Source of the DNA: Aeriscardovia sp.
GTDB lineage: Bacteria; Actinomycetota; Actinomycetes; Actinomycetales; Bifidobacteriaceae
Direction of reading: 5' to 3'
NCBI GenBank assembly: GCA_017386585.1
Contig: JAFNPO010000075.1
Coordinates: forward strand, 1-61,514
DNA length: 61,514 nt
Below are positions 19,545-28,537 of the stretch, piece by piece. The notes beneath the pieces are model-generated. The model saw only the letters and a program-made list of their open reading frames with translations. It was not told where the DNA came from and did no database searches. Each line of letters opens with the position of its first letter. Position 1 is the first letter of the stretch. The position numbers were made by a program, and so were the translations under genes.

Positions 19545-20978
19545 ATGAGCGGTACGCAGCGGTACAGCTGGGTTATCACGGTGGTGGACACCGACCAGCG
19601 GCGCATATTCGAACCGGGGGACACAGTTATCATCGGAAGGACCCCGTTGCGGCCAGCGTTGGTCCAAGACACCGGCGTTTTACGCTTGAACATCAAGGAT
19701 CCAAAGAAGTCCATGTCCAAGAAGCATCTGAGCCTGTCCCTGGACGCCAAAGGCGAAGCAACGATCCGCGACCTATCGTCCACCAACGGCACGTATGTCG
19801 TCAAGCCGAATGGCGAGCTGGCACGTATCCCCGCCGATAGGAGCCTGGTTCTGGATGAGTCCCCGGTGCGTCTACAGCTAGGTGATGTCGGCCTTGTACT
19901 CGAAGAGATTCCTGAGGGCGCGTCCATCGATAAGCTAGCGCCAATCCAGCACCACGGCAAGCACGCCGTTGACCTATTCGCCGACGCGAAGACGCGTAAT
20001 CAGGCACCCAACGGCCGACTAGATCATCTCGAGAGACAGCAGCGTGACGAACAGGAAGCACGATCCGTGAGAATGGACGTGCACGACGTCCTCGACCTGC
20101 GCGCCGGTGAACCGACAGGTGCTTTCGACGCAGCTACTGTCCGCCGCCGCATCCGCGCGATGCAGCAGCAGGAACGGGCCCTGTCACCGGCGTCCTTCCA
20201 GCCAAAAACAAGGCGAGCCGGTAGCGACCGGCAGAACCCCACCTCTAATGCGGTTCTATCAAAGCGGTCGGTCGGCGCCAGTCGGAAATCATCATCGACG
20301 GCCAGGGACGAGCCTCCGTTGCCAGGCTCGGGCATCATGACCGTACCGCAACTCCAACCGGAGATGACAGAGCAGGAAGTCAAGGAAGTGGTCGCCCAAC
20401 AGCACTCCCACAAAAGCGAGGTCGCGCCGCTGATTGACGAGCATGTGAAACGAGTCACCACCGCCACCGCTGTGCAAGGAACAGTCGCCCAGCAGGTAGC
20501 GGCCGCGTCCGGAGCAAGAATGACGCGACGTATGCTGCAGCACCCCACTATCACTTCTGTCGCCAAACTATCCGTGACACCACAGGAAACAGCGTCCGAA
20601 GCAGAACAGACATCGAAAATGCAGAAGACACCCCCAAGCAGCGTGTGGAAGCAATCTGCACCCTCCAAACAACCGGTGGGATCAACCGGCTACGAGCCGG
20701 GATCTGTGCTCGACCGGCTAACACGCGGCGAGTACGAGACGTCCCGTCCGGCAATCGTGGTGGATGGCACACTATCATCCGATGATGCACAGCGGGTGAC
20801 GGACCACACCAAACAGTTCGAGATGGCCAAGCACCACGAGCTGCTGCCATTCCTCGCTCTAAATCCGTATTTGTACGACGATCTGTACTCCTGGCTGGAA
20901 GCGATTGGCGACCCCGTAATCACCACGGCGTTGAAAACTAATTCCGGCTATCAGGTGTACCAGGAGAACAGGAGGTAA
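19545..20978 (+). CDS. FHA-domain protein with a disordered middle and a C-terminal NPxxYxxLxxWL motif
   Basis: N-terminal FHA signature: VIIGRT...SKKHLSLSLDAKGEATIRDLSSTNGTYV. C-terminal LALNPYLYDDLYSWLEAIGDP. RBS agggagg. Confidence 0.8.
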   Translation: MSGTQRYSWVITVVDTDQRRIFEPGDTVIIGRTPLRPALVQDTGVLRLNIKDPKKSMSKKHLSLSLDAKGEATIRDLSSTNGTYVVKPNGELARIPADRSLVLDESPVRLQLGDVGLVLEEIPEGASIDKLAPIQHHGKHAVDLFADAKTRNQAPNGRLDHLERQQRDEQEARSVRMDVHDVLDLRAGEPTGAFDAATVRRRIRAMQQQERALSPASFQPKTRRAGSDRQNPTSNAVLSKRSVGASRKSSSTARDEPPLPGSGIMTVPQLQPEMTEQEVKEVVAQQHSHKSEVAPLIDEHVKRVTTATAVQGTVAQQVAAASGARMTRRMLQHPTITSVAKLSVTPQETASEAEQTSKMQKTPPSSVWKQSAPSKQPVGSTGYEPGSVLDRLTRGEYETSRPAIVVDGTLSSDDAQRVTDHTKQFEMAKHHELLPFLALNPYLYDDLYSWLEAIGDPVITTALKTNSGYQVYQENRR

Positions 20979-20980
20979 CC

Positions 20981-23900
20981 GTGGTCAAGCTCGCCTCGAG
21001 CGGAGCGCAGCCGCAGAACCAGGCACAGGGCAACGCCCCCATGCCACAGCCATTGGCCAATGTTGATCAGATCGCTTCCTGGATTTCTGAATACACCTCG
21101 GGCATTGAAACGGACCCGCTGCGTGATTTCACAGCACTCACAGTCGGACTGGACCTGACGCGCGCCAATCCGAACGGCAAAGCACGACTGCTGTCGAGCG
21201 GTACAGCGAAGCTGGCGAACCTGTTTAGCGACCCCTCGATGCTGACAGCCGCCGAGCGCGATCTGGGGCACGTATACACACAAATGAAAACGGCACAGGC
21301 AACCTACGGGTTTGCCTCCATCAATCTAGCCGCCGGTATAGCCCAGTGGAATAAGGGAAGCCGGCAAATGCCGGTTCTGCTGTACCCTGTCACCATCGAG
21401 CGCAACGACAACGAGCGCCTGTCCCAAGCTCGCCTACACGTGTGGGAACGTGCCACAATCAACCCTGAACTCATCTCTGCCCTACGTGAGGGCGGTGTTG
21501 TATTCGACCCGGACAGATTGATCGCCTCCTGCGAGTACGAAGACGGCGCGGTCAACCAAGAACTGGTACTGCAAAAAATCGAAACGATTGCGGCACGAGC
21601 CATTCCAGATTTCCTCATCGAGCGCCGATTTATCATCGGCTACTTCGTCAATTCCGCGACCATGATTGCCCGGCGAGCGACGTCCGTGCTGCACCAGCTG
21701 CAGGCAGGTCCCAGCGGCATCGCCGTCATTGACGCCATCGCCGGAGACGAAAAGGCCGCTCGGTCATTGGCGCCACGCAAGTCCGAGACACAGAGCGCCG
21801 AGCTGGATGATGACCCGCATGACGAGTTCGAGGTCGGTGACGTCTCTAACGAGACACGCCACGCTGCACGCCTAGCCGCCAACGGCCGATCCGTCCTAGT
21901 CGACGCGGCCGCTAATGTTTCATCCGCTCGAGATGCACTCGCCATCGCGTCGCGATGCGTGGCCCAAGGAAAAACCGTACTCTATGCCCCGTGCGTCGGT
22001 TCCCAGAAGGACGAATTCCTGGCAGCGGCTCGCGAAGCCGGCATCAGTTCCCTGATCCTCGACACCACGGACTCCGACTACGCGCACGCCATCGACACGA
22101 CCCTAGTGGATTCGCTGCAGGGTGGCTCCTCGAAGGCGGTTACTGACTTCAACCGCATCGCCGACGAACTGGTGGGCGTGCGCTCGCGTTTGGCGCGCTA
22201 TTTCGGGGACCTGCACTCAACGATTCAACCGTGGGGTGTTTCCGCGTATCAAACTATTGAGGAATTGGCAAGCATCGCGTCTTTGCCAACGCATCCCAGC
22301 AACCGTGTACGTCTGACAGCTGTGACCGCCCGCACACTCAAGGACCATCTTGATGACTGGGGCAAGAAACTCGTTGAAGCCGGTAAACTCGGTGAATTCG
22401 TCATCCAGTCCGACGACACTCCGTGGTACGGTGCATCGATTTTCACGGAATCCGAAGCGAACGATACCTACCAGCGCGTGAGCCGCCTCGTTGACGAGTC
22501 TTTACCGGTCGTGCGCCGTCAGATTGTCGAGACATCCAATGTCTGCGGCTTCGAGCTGCCCTCGACCATGGAGGAGTGGGGCCGCCAAGTTGCAGCGCTG
22601 CAGAACCTGCGGCGCACCCTCGATGTGTTCCGCCCCGAAATTTTTCAGCGCGATTTGCCAGCAATGCTCGACGCTACCCTGACCAAGGAGGCGCGCCAGT
22701 CTTCCCAAGTGGAGATGGGATACTGGGAGCGGCGCCGCTATATCAAGGAAATCAAGAGCCTGCTGCGACCAGGAACGCATGTAGATAATCTGCACGGCGC
22801 GCTGAGCGTCGTCGCCCGTGACGTCAAGCAGTGGAAGTCTATGTCTTCCAAAGACGGCTGGCCCACGTTGCCCGACGACCTTGACGCCATCATCGAAACC
22901 TTTGAATCCATCACCGCTGATCTGACGGCTCTGGACTCAGTTCTTGTCACCACCCCCGAGGGACCAGGCTTATCGGGCGCATCCTTCGATATATTGGAAG
23001 ACCGTCTGCGCCGCCTCCGTGATGACCACCAGGTCTTGAAGAACCTTCCGGCACGCTCGCAGTTGGAACGCGAGTTCAAGAAGGTGGGCCTCACCGAGCT
23101 CGTCAAGGATCTCTGCGCTCGGCATGTTAAGCCGGAAGCCGCGCCCGACGAACTGCGCCTCGCGTGGTGGACCACCGTGTTCGACCTCATCGTGCATTCC
23201 TCCCGGATGATCGCCAACCAAGATGGTGACCTACTGGCGTCGACAACCGAACGCTTCGCGGAACTCGACCTGCGCCACATCGCCTCAATCGGACCGCTGC
23301 TGGCCAAGGAACTGTCTAAGCGCCTAGCGGAGACCCTGTACGCGCACTCGCAAGAGGCAAATCAGTTACACGCGCAGTTGTCAGGCGACATCGTGCCGTC
23401 CCTAGCGACAGTATTGCGCAACTTTCCGAACCTTGTCCACGCTGCCAAGCCGATCCTGGTTGGCACTCCGGCAAACCTAGCGGCCGGCTTTGGCATGAGC
23501 CGTCTCGCTGACGTCGTCATCGTGGACGCCTGCTCCCACGCACCGAACGCGGAAGTGTTGAGTGTCCTGTCCTACGCGCCGGTATCCGTGATTATTGCCG
23601 ATACCGATTTCGCGTCTTCCGCCGCTGTGTCTCACGCGGAGAAGGTCCTACTGAAAGTTCGCATCCCCCGGACCGCTACGCCGGCAAATGCACGTTTGAC
23701 CGAATTCTTGGCCAGTCAAGGCCATACAACGGATCCGATTCCACCGAGCGCGCTGCTGGCCCCGTCGGCGCAGTTCCACTGGGTGGAGGCCCAGGGTGTG
23801 CCCGTCCACGGCTCCGGCATGGTAGAGAGCACGGCGGCCGAGGTAACAGAGGTCATGGATCTTGTGCGCCGCCACGCAGACCGGTTCGCTGACCGCGCCG

Positions 23901-24751
23901 TCCCGGCGCAGTACCGCCTATCCATCGTGACGCTGACAGTGGCACATGCGTCGCAAATCACCGAGGCGCTGACGCACCTTGCTGCCCACAACCAGGCTGT
24001 CACAGCGCTGCTGCCGCAAATCCGCGTGGCCGACATCGCCAATGTCGCTGGCCTGCCCGACGGAGACCTCATCTTTTCGACAAGCTTTGGCAAAACCGTG
24101 CACGGCAATCTGCTGCAGCAGTTCGGCCAGATTGAGCAGGACGGCGGAGACCGGATGCTGCTCAATGCACTGTCGCTGGCACACGGCGACTGCGACATTG
24201 TCTCCGGCTTTACCGCAGACGATCTTGACGAGAAGCGCCTCATTCACCGTGGTCCGAAGCTGCTGCGCTCTATCCTCAAGTGGGCGCAGACCCTCAAGGA
24301 TGCTCCAGTGACGCTGATGGCGCATTCTGGGATTCGTGGCGAGCTGCTCACCGATCTAGCGACCCGTCTGCAGAACGTTGGATATATGACGGCCCTCAAC
24401 TACGGGTATTCCTCGGGTCGCAAGCTGCCTCTGGCTATCGGCACGCAACACGGCGTTTACCAGTTGACCGTTTTCACGGACGACAGCCACTTCATGAGTA
24501 TCCCGTCGTTGCGCGCCCGCCATCGTTTCCTGCCCCAAGCACTGTCGAAGGCTGGATGGTACGCCGTTCACGTGTGGTCGGTCGGTCTGTTCGTTGATCC
24601 CGACAAGGAAATTGAACACATCCTAGCGCAGATGCCGGAATCACTACGTTGTCTCGTTCGCCAGCAGGACGTCGCCGATGAGTCAGCCGCGCCCAAGGCC
24701 GGATTACGTCAGCTGTTCAACGAGAGTTCGCACAACGGGTCACGCCAATGA
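20981..24751 (+). CDS. Large Upf1-like SF1 helicase-related protein (DUF4011-type N-terminus, nuclease-fold-like C-terminus) lacking a canonical Walker A
   Basis: 1256 aa. GTG start 3 nt after the FHA gene stop, with RBS aggagg. N-terminal and C-terminal regions (GWYAVHVWSVGLFVDPDKEIEHI) resemble DUF4011/AAA_11/AAA_12/DUF559-type proteins. No [AG]xxxxGK[ST] occurs anywhere. Confidence 0.6.
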   Translation: MVKLASSGAQPQNQAQGNAPMPQPLANVDQIASWISEYTSGIETDPLRDFTALTVGLDLTRANPNGKARLLSSGTAKLANLFSDPSMLTAAERDLGHVYTQMKTAQATYGFASINLAAGIAQWNKGSRQMPVLLYPVTIERNDNERLSQARLHVWERATINPELISALREGGVVFDPDRLIASCEYEDGAVNQELVLQKIETIAARAIPDFLIERRFIIGYFVNSATMIARRATSVLHQLQAGPSGIAVIDAIAGDEKAARSLAPRKSETQSAELDDDPHDEFEVGDVSNETRHAARLAANGRSVLVDAAANVSSARDALAIASRCVAQGKTVLYAPCVGSQKDEFLAAAREAGISSLILDTTDSDYAHAIDTTLVDSLQGGSSKAVTDFNRIADELVGVRSRLARYFGDLHSTIQPWGVSAYQTIEELASIASLPTHPSNRVRLTAVTARTLKDHLDDWGKKLVEAGKLGEFVIQSDDTPWYGASIFTESEANDTYQRVSRLVDESLPVVRRQIVETSNVCGFELPSTMEEWGRQVAALQNLRRTLDVFRPEIFQRDLPAMLDATLTKEARQSSQVEMGYWERRRYIKEIKSLLRPGTHVDNLHGALSVVARDVKQWKSMSSKDGWPTLPDDLDAIIETFESITADLTALDSVLVTTPEGPGLSGASFDILEDRLRRLRDDHQVLKNLPARSQLEREFKKVGLTELVKDLCARHVKPEAAPDELRLAWWTTVFDLIVHSSRMIANQDGDLLASTTERFAELDLRHIASIGPLLAKELSKRLAETLYAHSQEANQLHAQLSGDIVPSLATVLRNFPNLVHAAKPILVGTPANLAAGFGMSRLADVVIVDACSHAPNAEVLSVLSYAPVSVIIADTDFASSAAVSHAEKVLLKVRIPRTATPANARLTEFLASQGHTTDPIPPSALLAPSAQFHWVEAQGVPVHGSGMVESTAAEVTEVMDLVRRHADRFADRAVPAQYRLSIVTLTVAHASQITEALTHLAAHNQAVTALLPQIRVADIANVAGLPDGDLIFSTSFGKTVHGNLLQQFGQIEQDGGDRMLLNALSLAHGDCDIVSGFTADDLDEKRLIHRGPKLLRSILKWAQTLKDAPVTLMAHSGIRGELLTDLATRLQNVGYMTALNYGYSSGRKLPLAIGTQHGVYQLTVFTDDSHFMSIPSLRARHRFLPQALSKAGWYAVHVWSVGLFVDPDKEIEHILAQMPESLRCLVRQQDVADESAAPKAGLRQLFNESSHNGSRQ

Positions 24752-25056
24752 GTAAGAATACACATCTCGATGACGAGTCCGAGGGGAAGCCAACGTCTAG
24801 TTTGATATCAGGAATCAATCCGACGGTAGGGTCCCGTTCATCGGTGGTAAACGATGCTGCGGTTAGCGTTGCAGGGAAACGAAAACGCCGCAGCCATCGA
24901 CGGGTCGTTCGCCACGGCACCGAGCTGTTCGACGTTGAGGGCGACGACGTGGCCGTTTGGGAACAGAACCAGAACAAAGCTGCTGACGACGATGCTCGCA
25001 TCCTGCGTGAGCTACCGCCGCACTGGAGTGTGTTCGACGCGGAGAAAGAGCGCTAA
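24748..25056 (+). CDS. Small hypothetical protein, translationally coupled to the helicase-like gene
   Basis: The ATG overlaps the upstream stop (ATGA). 102 aa with a basic KRKRRSHRR patch and C-terminal ILRELPPHW. Confidence 0.45.
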   Translation: MSKNTHLDDESEGKPTSSLISGINPTVGSRSSVVNDAAVSVAGKRKRRSHRRVVRHGTELFDVEGDDVAVWEQNQNKAADDDARILRELPPHWSVFDAEKER

Positions 25057-25261
25057 CGCTTTCTTCAATTCGCCGAGTGGCGTGACAGGTGATGTGAGAT
25101 GTCTATGAGTGTCAATACAGTCTCAGTGTGCTGCGGCACCATGCAGGCTGGCTGGAACAATCCTCGTTGCCGAACGGAGGTACAACCGGTACTACTCAAT
25201 TTTCGCGTCGCGGTTCTGCCATGCCTTAGCTAATCGCTGTGCTAGCCAAAATTAGCTGAGA

Positions 25262-25822
25262 TTAGCCCCGATGGATGGCAGCATGCTCGTCCATGCCGTC
25301 ATCATCGAGCACGGCAGCGGTCGAGGACGGCACCACGCTCTTCGTGTTGGCCTGTGCGAGCTGATCGCGGATCTCGGTCAGCAGTGCGATGGTCTGGTCC
25401 TCCGGAGTGATACCCGCTTCTTCGGCTGCCTCCTCAGCTTCCACGGCGTCGCTAGCGTTCTTATGCGTTAGCTTCTTAGCAGCATTGTGAAACTTGTTGA
25501 TTGGAACAATGATAAAGAAGTACACGGCCGCGGCCACGGCAACGAAGTTGATGAGGGAGTTGATGATCGCACCGAAGGAAACAGTCGCTCCGCGCACAGT
25601 GAAAGCCAGCAGCTTGCTCATATCGGGCTTGCCGAAGATCATAGCAATAAGCGGGTTGATGAAGCTCTTGACGATGGCGGTCACGACGGTGGTCACCGCA
25701 GTGCCCATGACAACGCCAACTGCCATGTCGATCATGTTGCCGCGGGTGATGAATTCTTTAAATCCGGCCATGACCCCTTTGTCAGAATAGTTGGAAATGC
25801 TGTCTTTCTTCGAATCTGCCAT
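25262..25822 (-). CDS. mscL: Large-conductance mechanosensitive channel
   Basis: GFKEFITRGNMIDMAVGVVMGTA...FGKPD...FINFVAVAAAVYFFIVPINK. The canonical start MAGFKEF would be at 25771. Long acidic C-terminal tail. Confidence 0.9.
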   Translation of the reverse strand: MADSKKDSISNYSDKGVMAGFKEFITRGNMIDMAVGVVMGTAVTTVVTAIVKSFINPLIAMIFGKPDMSKLLAFTVRGATVSFGAIINSLINFVAVAAAVYFFIIVPINKFHNAAKKLTHKNASDAVEAEEAAEEAGITPEDQTIALLTEIRDQLAQANTKSVVPSSTAAVLDDDGMDEHAAIHRG

Positions 25823-26423
25823 AAATAACAGGCGCCCCGGCAGCGAATCGGGCCGCCCTTCCTCGCTTTCTCTTGTTCCCTGATACGTCCGATGAAACGA
25901 ACGCGCACTCTGTAAAGCATAATCATGCTGGTGCCCAACTTACGGCACGTCGTGGCGCAGTGGAATCGAATTCGTGACAGTAACGAGGCCGAAGTCAGCT
26001 ATTGTGAGGGAATCGTCTGCGAAAACGAGAGCCAAAAGTGGCGGTTTCAGTAGAACAGTGCCATCGTGCAGGGTGCGTAGGGGAGAGGTAGGGGCCCACG
26101 ACGAGGAGGAGAAACGGGGGAACGGGCGAGAAGCAGCGATGTTCACCGTGGCGCTCGACCCTCTCTGGGCGCATGATTTCTCCCGAGGGGATGATCGAGC
26201 GCCACAACGCCGATGATGATGCGCGGCGTCCACATCGTTGCCACGCAGCAGACGCCATTATTATTTTTCCAAGTAGCGTCCGTGGCGCGAGGGCACGGAG
26301 AAACAGCGAGTGGACCGCGTTTAGACAAAACGGCAGTACCCAACGAGATATACGGGGAATCATAGCGTTAACATCGACGCTCTCCGCGTGAAAAAGGAGG
26401 CGAAAACCGCGGAGCACAGGACG

Positions 26424-26458
26424 AAAAAGTAGTCGCGACGGATGTCCATCGCGACTAC
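26424..26458 (-). terminator. Terminator downstream of the fmdB-like gene
   Basis: On the minus strand: gtagtcgcga / tggacatccg / tcgcgactac followed by ttttt. Confidence 0.7.
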
Positions 26459-26567
26459 TCTGCAAGAACGTTCGCAGAACATCCGCTGATTCTGGTCAGC
26501 TAGCCTGCGACATCGACACTGCAACGGAAGTCACCCGAGTCGATCAGAATCAATAAGAAGCAAAGAT

Positions 26568-26789
26568 TCAGTTGGACTTTGTTTTCGATTTGGACGCTGC
26601 CTTCGATACGGAGCCACTGTCGGTTCGGTAAAAGCCGTTTCCCTTAAACTGAATTCCGGCCACTGAATACACTTTGTGTACCTGCTTCTTCCCACACTTC
26701 GGGCAGACAGTGATGGGCGGGTCGTTGAACGCCTGCTCCTTGAAAAAGTCGTAGCCGCAGTTCTTGCAGCGGTAATGGTATGTAGGCAC
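26568..26789 (-). CDS. FmdB-family zinc-ribbon protein
   Basis: (V)PTYHYRCKNCGYDF...CPKCG, the CxxC...CxxC signature of the FmdB family. GTG start with RBS aggaagg. Confidence 0.85.
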   Translation of the reverse strand: MPTYHYRCKNCGYDFFKEQAFNDPPITVCPKCGKKQVHKVYSVAGIQFKGNGFYRTDSGSVSKAASKSKTKSN

Positions 26790-26952
26790 GTAGCACCCTT
26801 CCTTGTGGAATATGAAAAACACAATCTTGCTACCATCTTAACGGCGTTTCGTTCATGGATGCTGTCTTTCCCTACTGGCGCAAAAGCTACCGACAGTGTT
26901 TCGACGGAAGTCCGGTCGAAGTTCTTTGATGAATTTGTAGGGATTGCCTTGT

Positions 26953-27972
26953 ATGATGCCCAACGTGGGGTATGGTCCGATCAGTGCCGTGTGCGTCGTC
27001 GTGTTATGCGCCCTACTGGTCTGCGGAATCGTTCCTCTGTGGATTAAATCCTCCATGATGAAAAAACACAGAGTTCGCCGCGACGATGCTTCCGTACACA
27101 TGGTCAAAATTGAGGCAGCCCCGGTGGCTCGGGGAACGAAGGGTGCTGACATGTCGCAGAAGTCGGATGCAGAGCCAGTGGCGCGGTTGACCCGCGCACA
27201 GATTGAGCACGTTCGAGCGCTAAGGAAAGAATCCATTCGCCGCCGCCGGGTATTAGTTCTGTCTCTACTGGTCATCGCTGCTATTGTCGCCGTCCTCGGT
27301 GCCATATGCGGATTTAGCGTGTACTACTGTCTGATTCCGGTCGCTCTGGACATTGTTGTCCTCGCTTTCGGCATCCGTACTGCAAAGTCTGCGCGCCGGT
27401 GGGAGAAGATCGTCGCCACGTCACGTTTGTCCGGCAAGCCAGTTATGTCCAGCCGTCCGCTGACTAAGCCGCTGGCAGCGCAGAACAAAAACCACGAAGA
27501 CAACGCTCCGACGTTCATCATCCCGGTACAGGATGTCGAGAAAATCGTTGAGCAGCAGAAGCATAGCGCCGTGCGTCCGGAATCCGTCACACCCCGTGCG
27601 AAGGCCGCAGCAAAGAAAACCACTGCCAAGTCCGTCGGCACTGGTTTCGTGAACTTCTCCCTGGGGTCCGACGACTCGGCTAGGAAGATTGCTGCCAAGC
27701 GGCAGGCTTCCGTGCCGAAGAGCGAGTGGGCGAAAGCTCGACGTCCCGTCGGCGCCTCCGATCTCGGCGACCGCAACGCAATCCAAAGCGCGGAGATTAA
27801 GTCGTACCGCCAGGTTGCCACGGCCACGCCGGTGTCTGCTGACAGTCAGCGAGCGATTTTCGCCGACGTCACGCCCAGTGGCGTATCGTTGAAGAAGGTA
27901 TCCGCCCCGTCCGGGTCCAGCAGTTCGCTGGGCGCCGACCTCGATTCCGTTCTGTGCCGCCGTAGCCGGTAA
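26953..27972 (+). CDS. Hypothetical membrane protein with a long basic, disordered C-terminal half
   Basis: Hydrophobic helices at GPISAVCVVVLCALLVCGIV and VLVLSLLVIAAIVAVLGAICGFSVYYCLIPVALDIVVLAF. Start uncertain (TTG 26944, ATG 26953, or later). Confidence 0.5.
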   Translation: MMPNVGYGPISAVCVVVLCALLVCGIVPLWIKSSMMKKHRVRRDDASVHMVKIEAAPVARGTKGADMSQKSDAEPVARLTRAQIEHVRALRKESIRRRRVLVLSLLVIAAIVAVLGAICGFSVYYCLIPVALDIVVLAFGIRTAKSARRWEKIVATSRLSGKPVMSSRPLTKPLAAQNKNHEDNAPTFIIPVQDVEKIVEQQKHSAVRPESVTPRAKAAAKKTTAKSVGTGFVNFSLGSDDSARKIAAKRQASVPKSEWAKARRPVGASDLGDRNAIQSAEIKSYRQVATATPVSADSQRAIFADVTPSGVSLKKVSAPSGSSSSLGADLDSVLCRRSR

Positions 27973-28015
27973 CATCTATCCACTCCGTCTGGGTTCAGCA
28001 TTCCCGATTTCGCTT

Positions 28016-28042
28016 TTAGCACTCTGGTTTGCGGAGTGCTAA
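28016..28042 (+). promoter_or_regulatory. CIRCE operator (HrcA binding site)
   Basis: ttagcactc-tggtttgcg-gagtgctaa is a perfect match to TTAGCACTC-N9-GAGTGCTAA. Confidence 0.9.
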
Positions 28043-28056
28043 AAATGCGTTAGGCT
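28029..28056 (+). promoter_or_regulatory. Candidate groES promoter overlapping CIRCE
   Basis: ttgcgg, 16 nt spacer, taggct. Confidence 0.35.
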
Positions 28057-28147
28057 AAGAAGGGAGCTTCGCGGAGGAACGGATGCTCGTCAGTCGTCGC
28101 GCGAGTCTGCGGAGGTCACAACAGTCATCATGTATGGGAGGGTCTTT

Positions 28148-28441
28148 ATGTCGGTCTCACTCAAGCCGTTGGAAGACAAGGTCATCATCAAGCAAGCTCC
28201 GGCCGAGACGACCACCGCGTCTGGTCTGGTCATCCCGGATTCTGCCAAGGAGAAGCCACAGCAGGGCGAAGTCCTCGCTGTCGGCCCGGGCAAGATGGAC
28301 GACAAAGGCAATCGTCTGCCGATGGACGTCAAAGTCGGCGACAAAGTCTTGTTCTCCAAGTACGGTGGCACCGAGCTGCACTACCAAGGCGAGGAGTACC
28401 TCATCGTCGCTGCCCGCGATATCTTGGCCATCCTGCTCTGA
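28148..28441 (+). CDS. groES: Co-chaperonin GroES
   Basis: [51 protein letters not shown] gggagg. Confidence 0.95.
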   Translation: MSVSLKPLEDKVIIKQAPAETTTASGLVIPDSAKEKPQQGEVLAVGPGKMDDKGNRLPMDVKVGDKVLFSKYGGTELHYQGEEYLIVAARDILAILL

Positions 28442-28498
28442 TTTGACAGTCGATCGGCGTTCCCGTTCCACTAGGCCGGGCGTCGTCGATGCCTTGAC

Positions 28499-28537
28499 AA
28501 AACGGTCTTCACGTGCAATGCGTGGGACCGTTTTCTC
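28499..28537 (+). terminator. Terminator after groES
   Basis: aaaacggtc...gaccgtttt outer stem with inner cacg/cgtg, followed by tctc. Confidence 0.55.

Noticed and set aside
18426-19667. 413-aa minus-strand ORF spanning rplJ and rplL
   Set aside because: It is antisense to two ribosomal protein genes and crosses their intergenic spacer and terminator. The composition is not protein-like.
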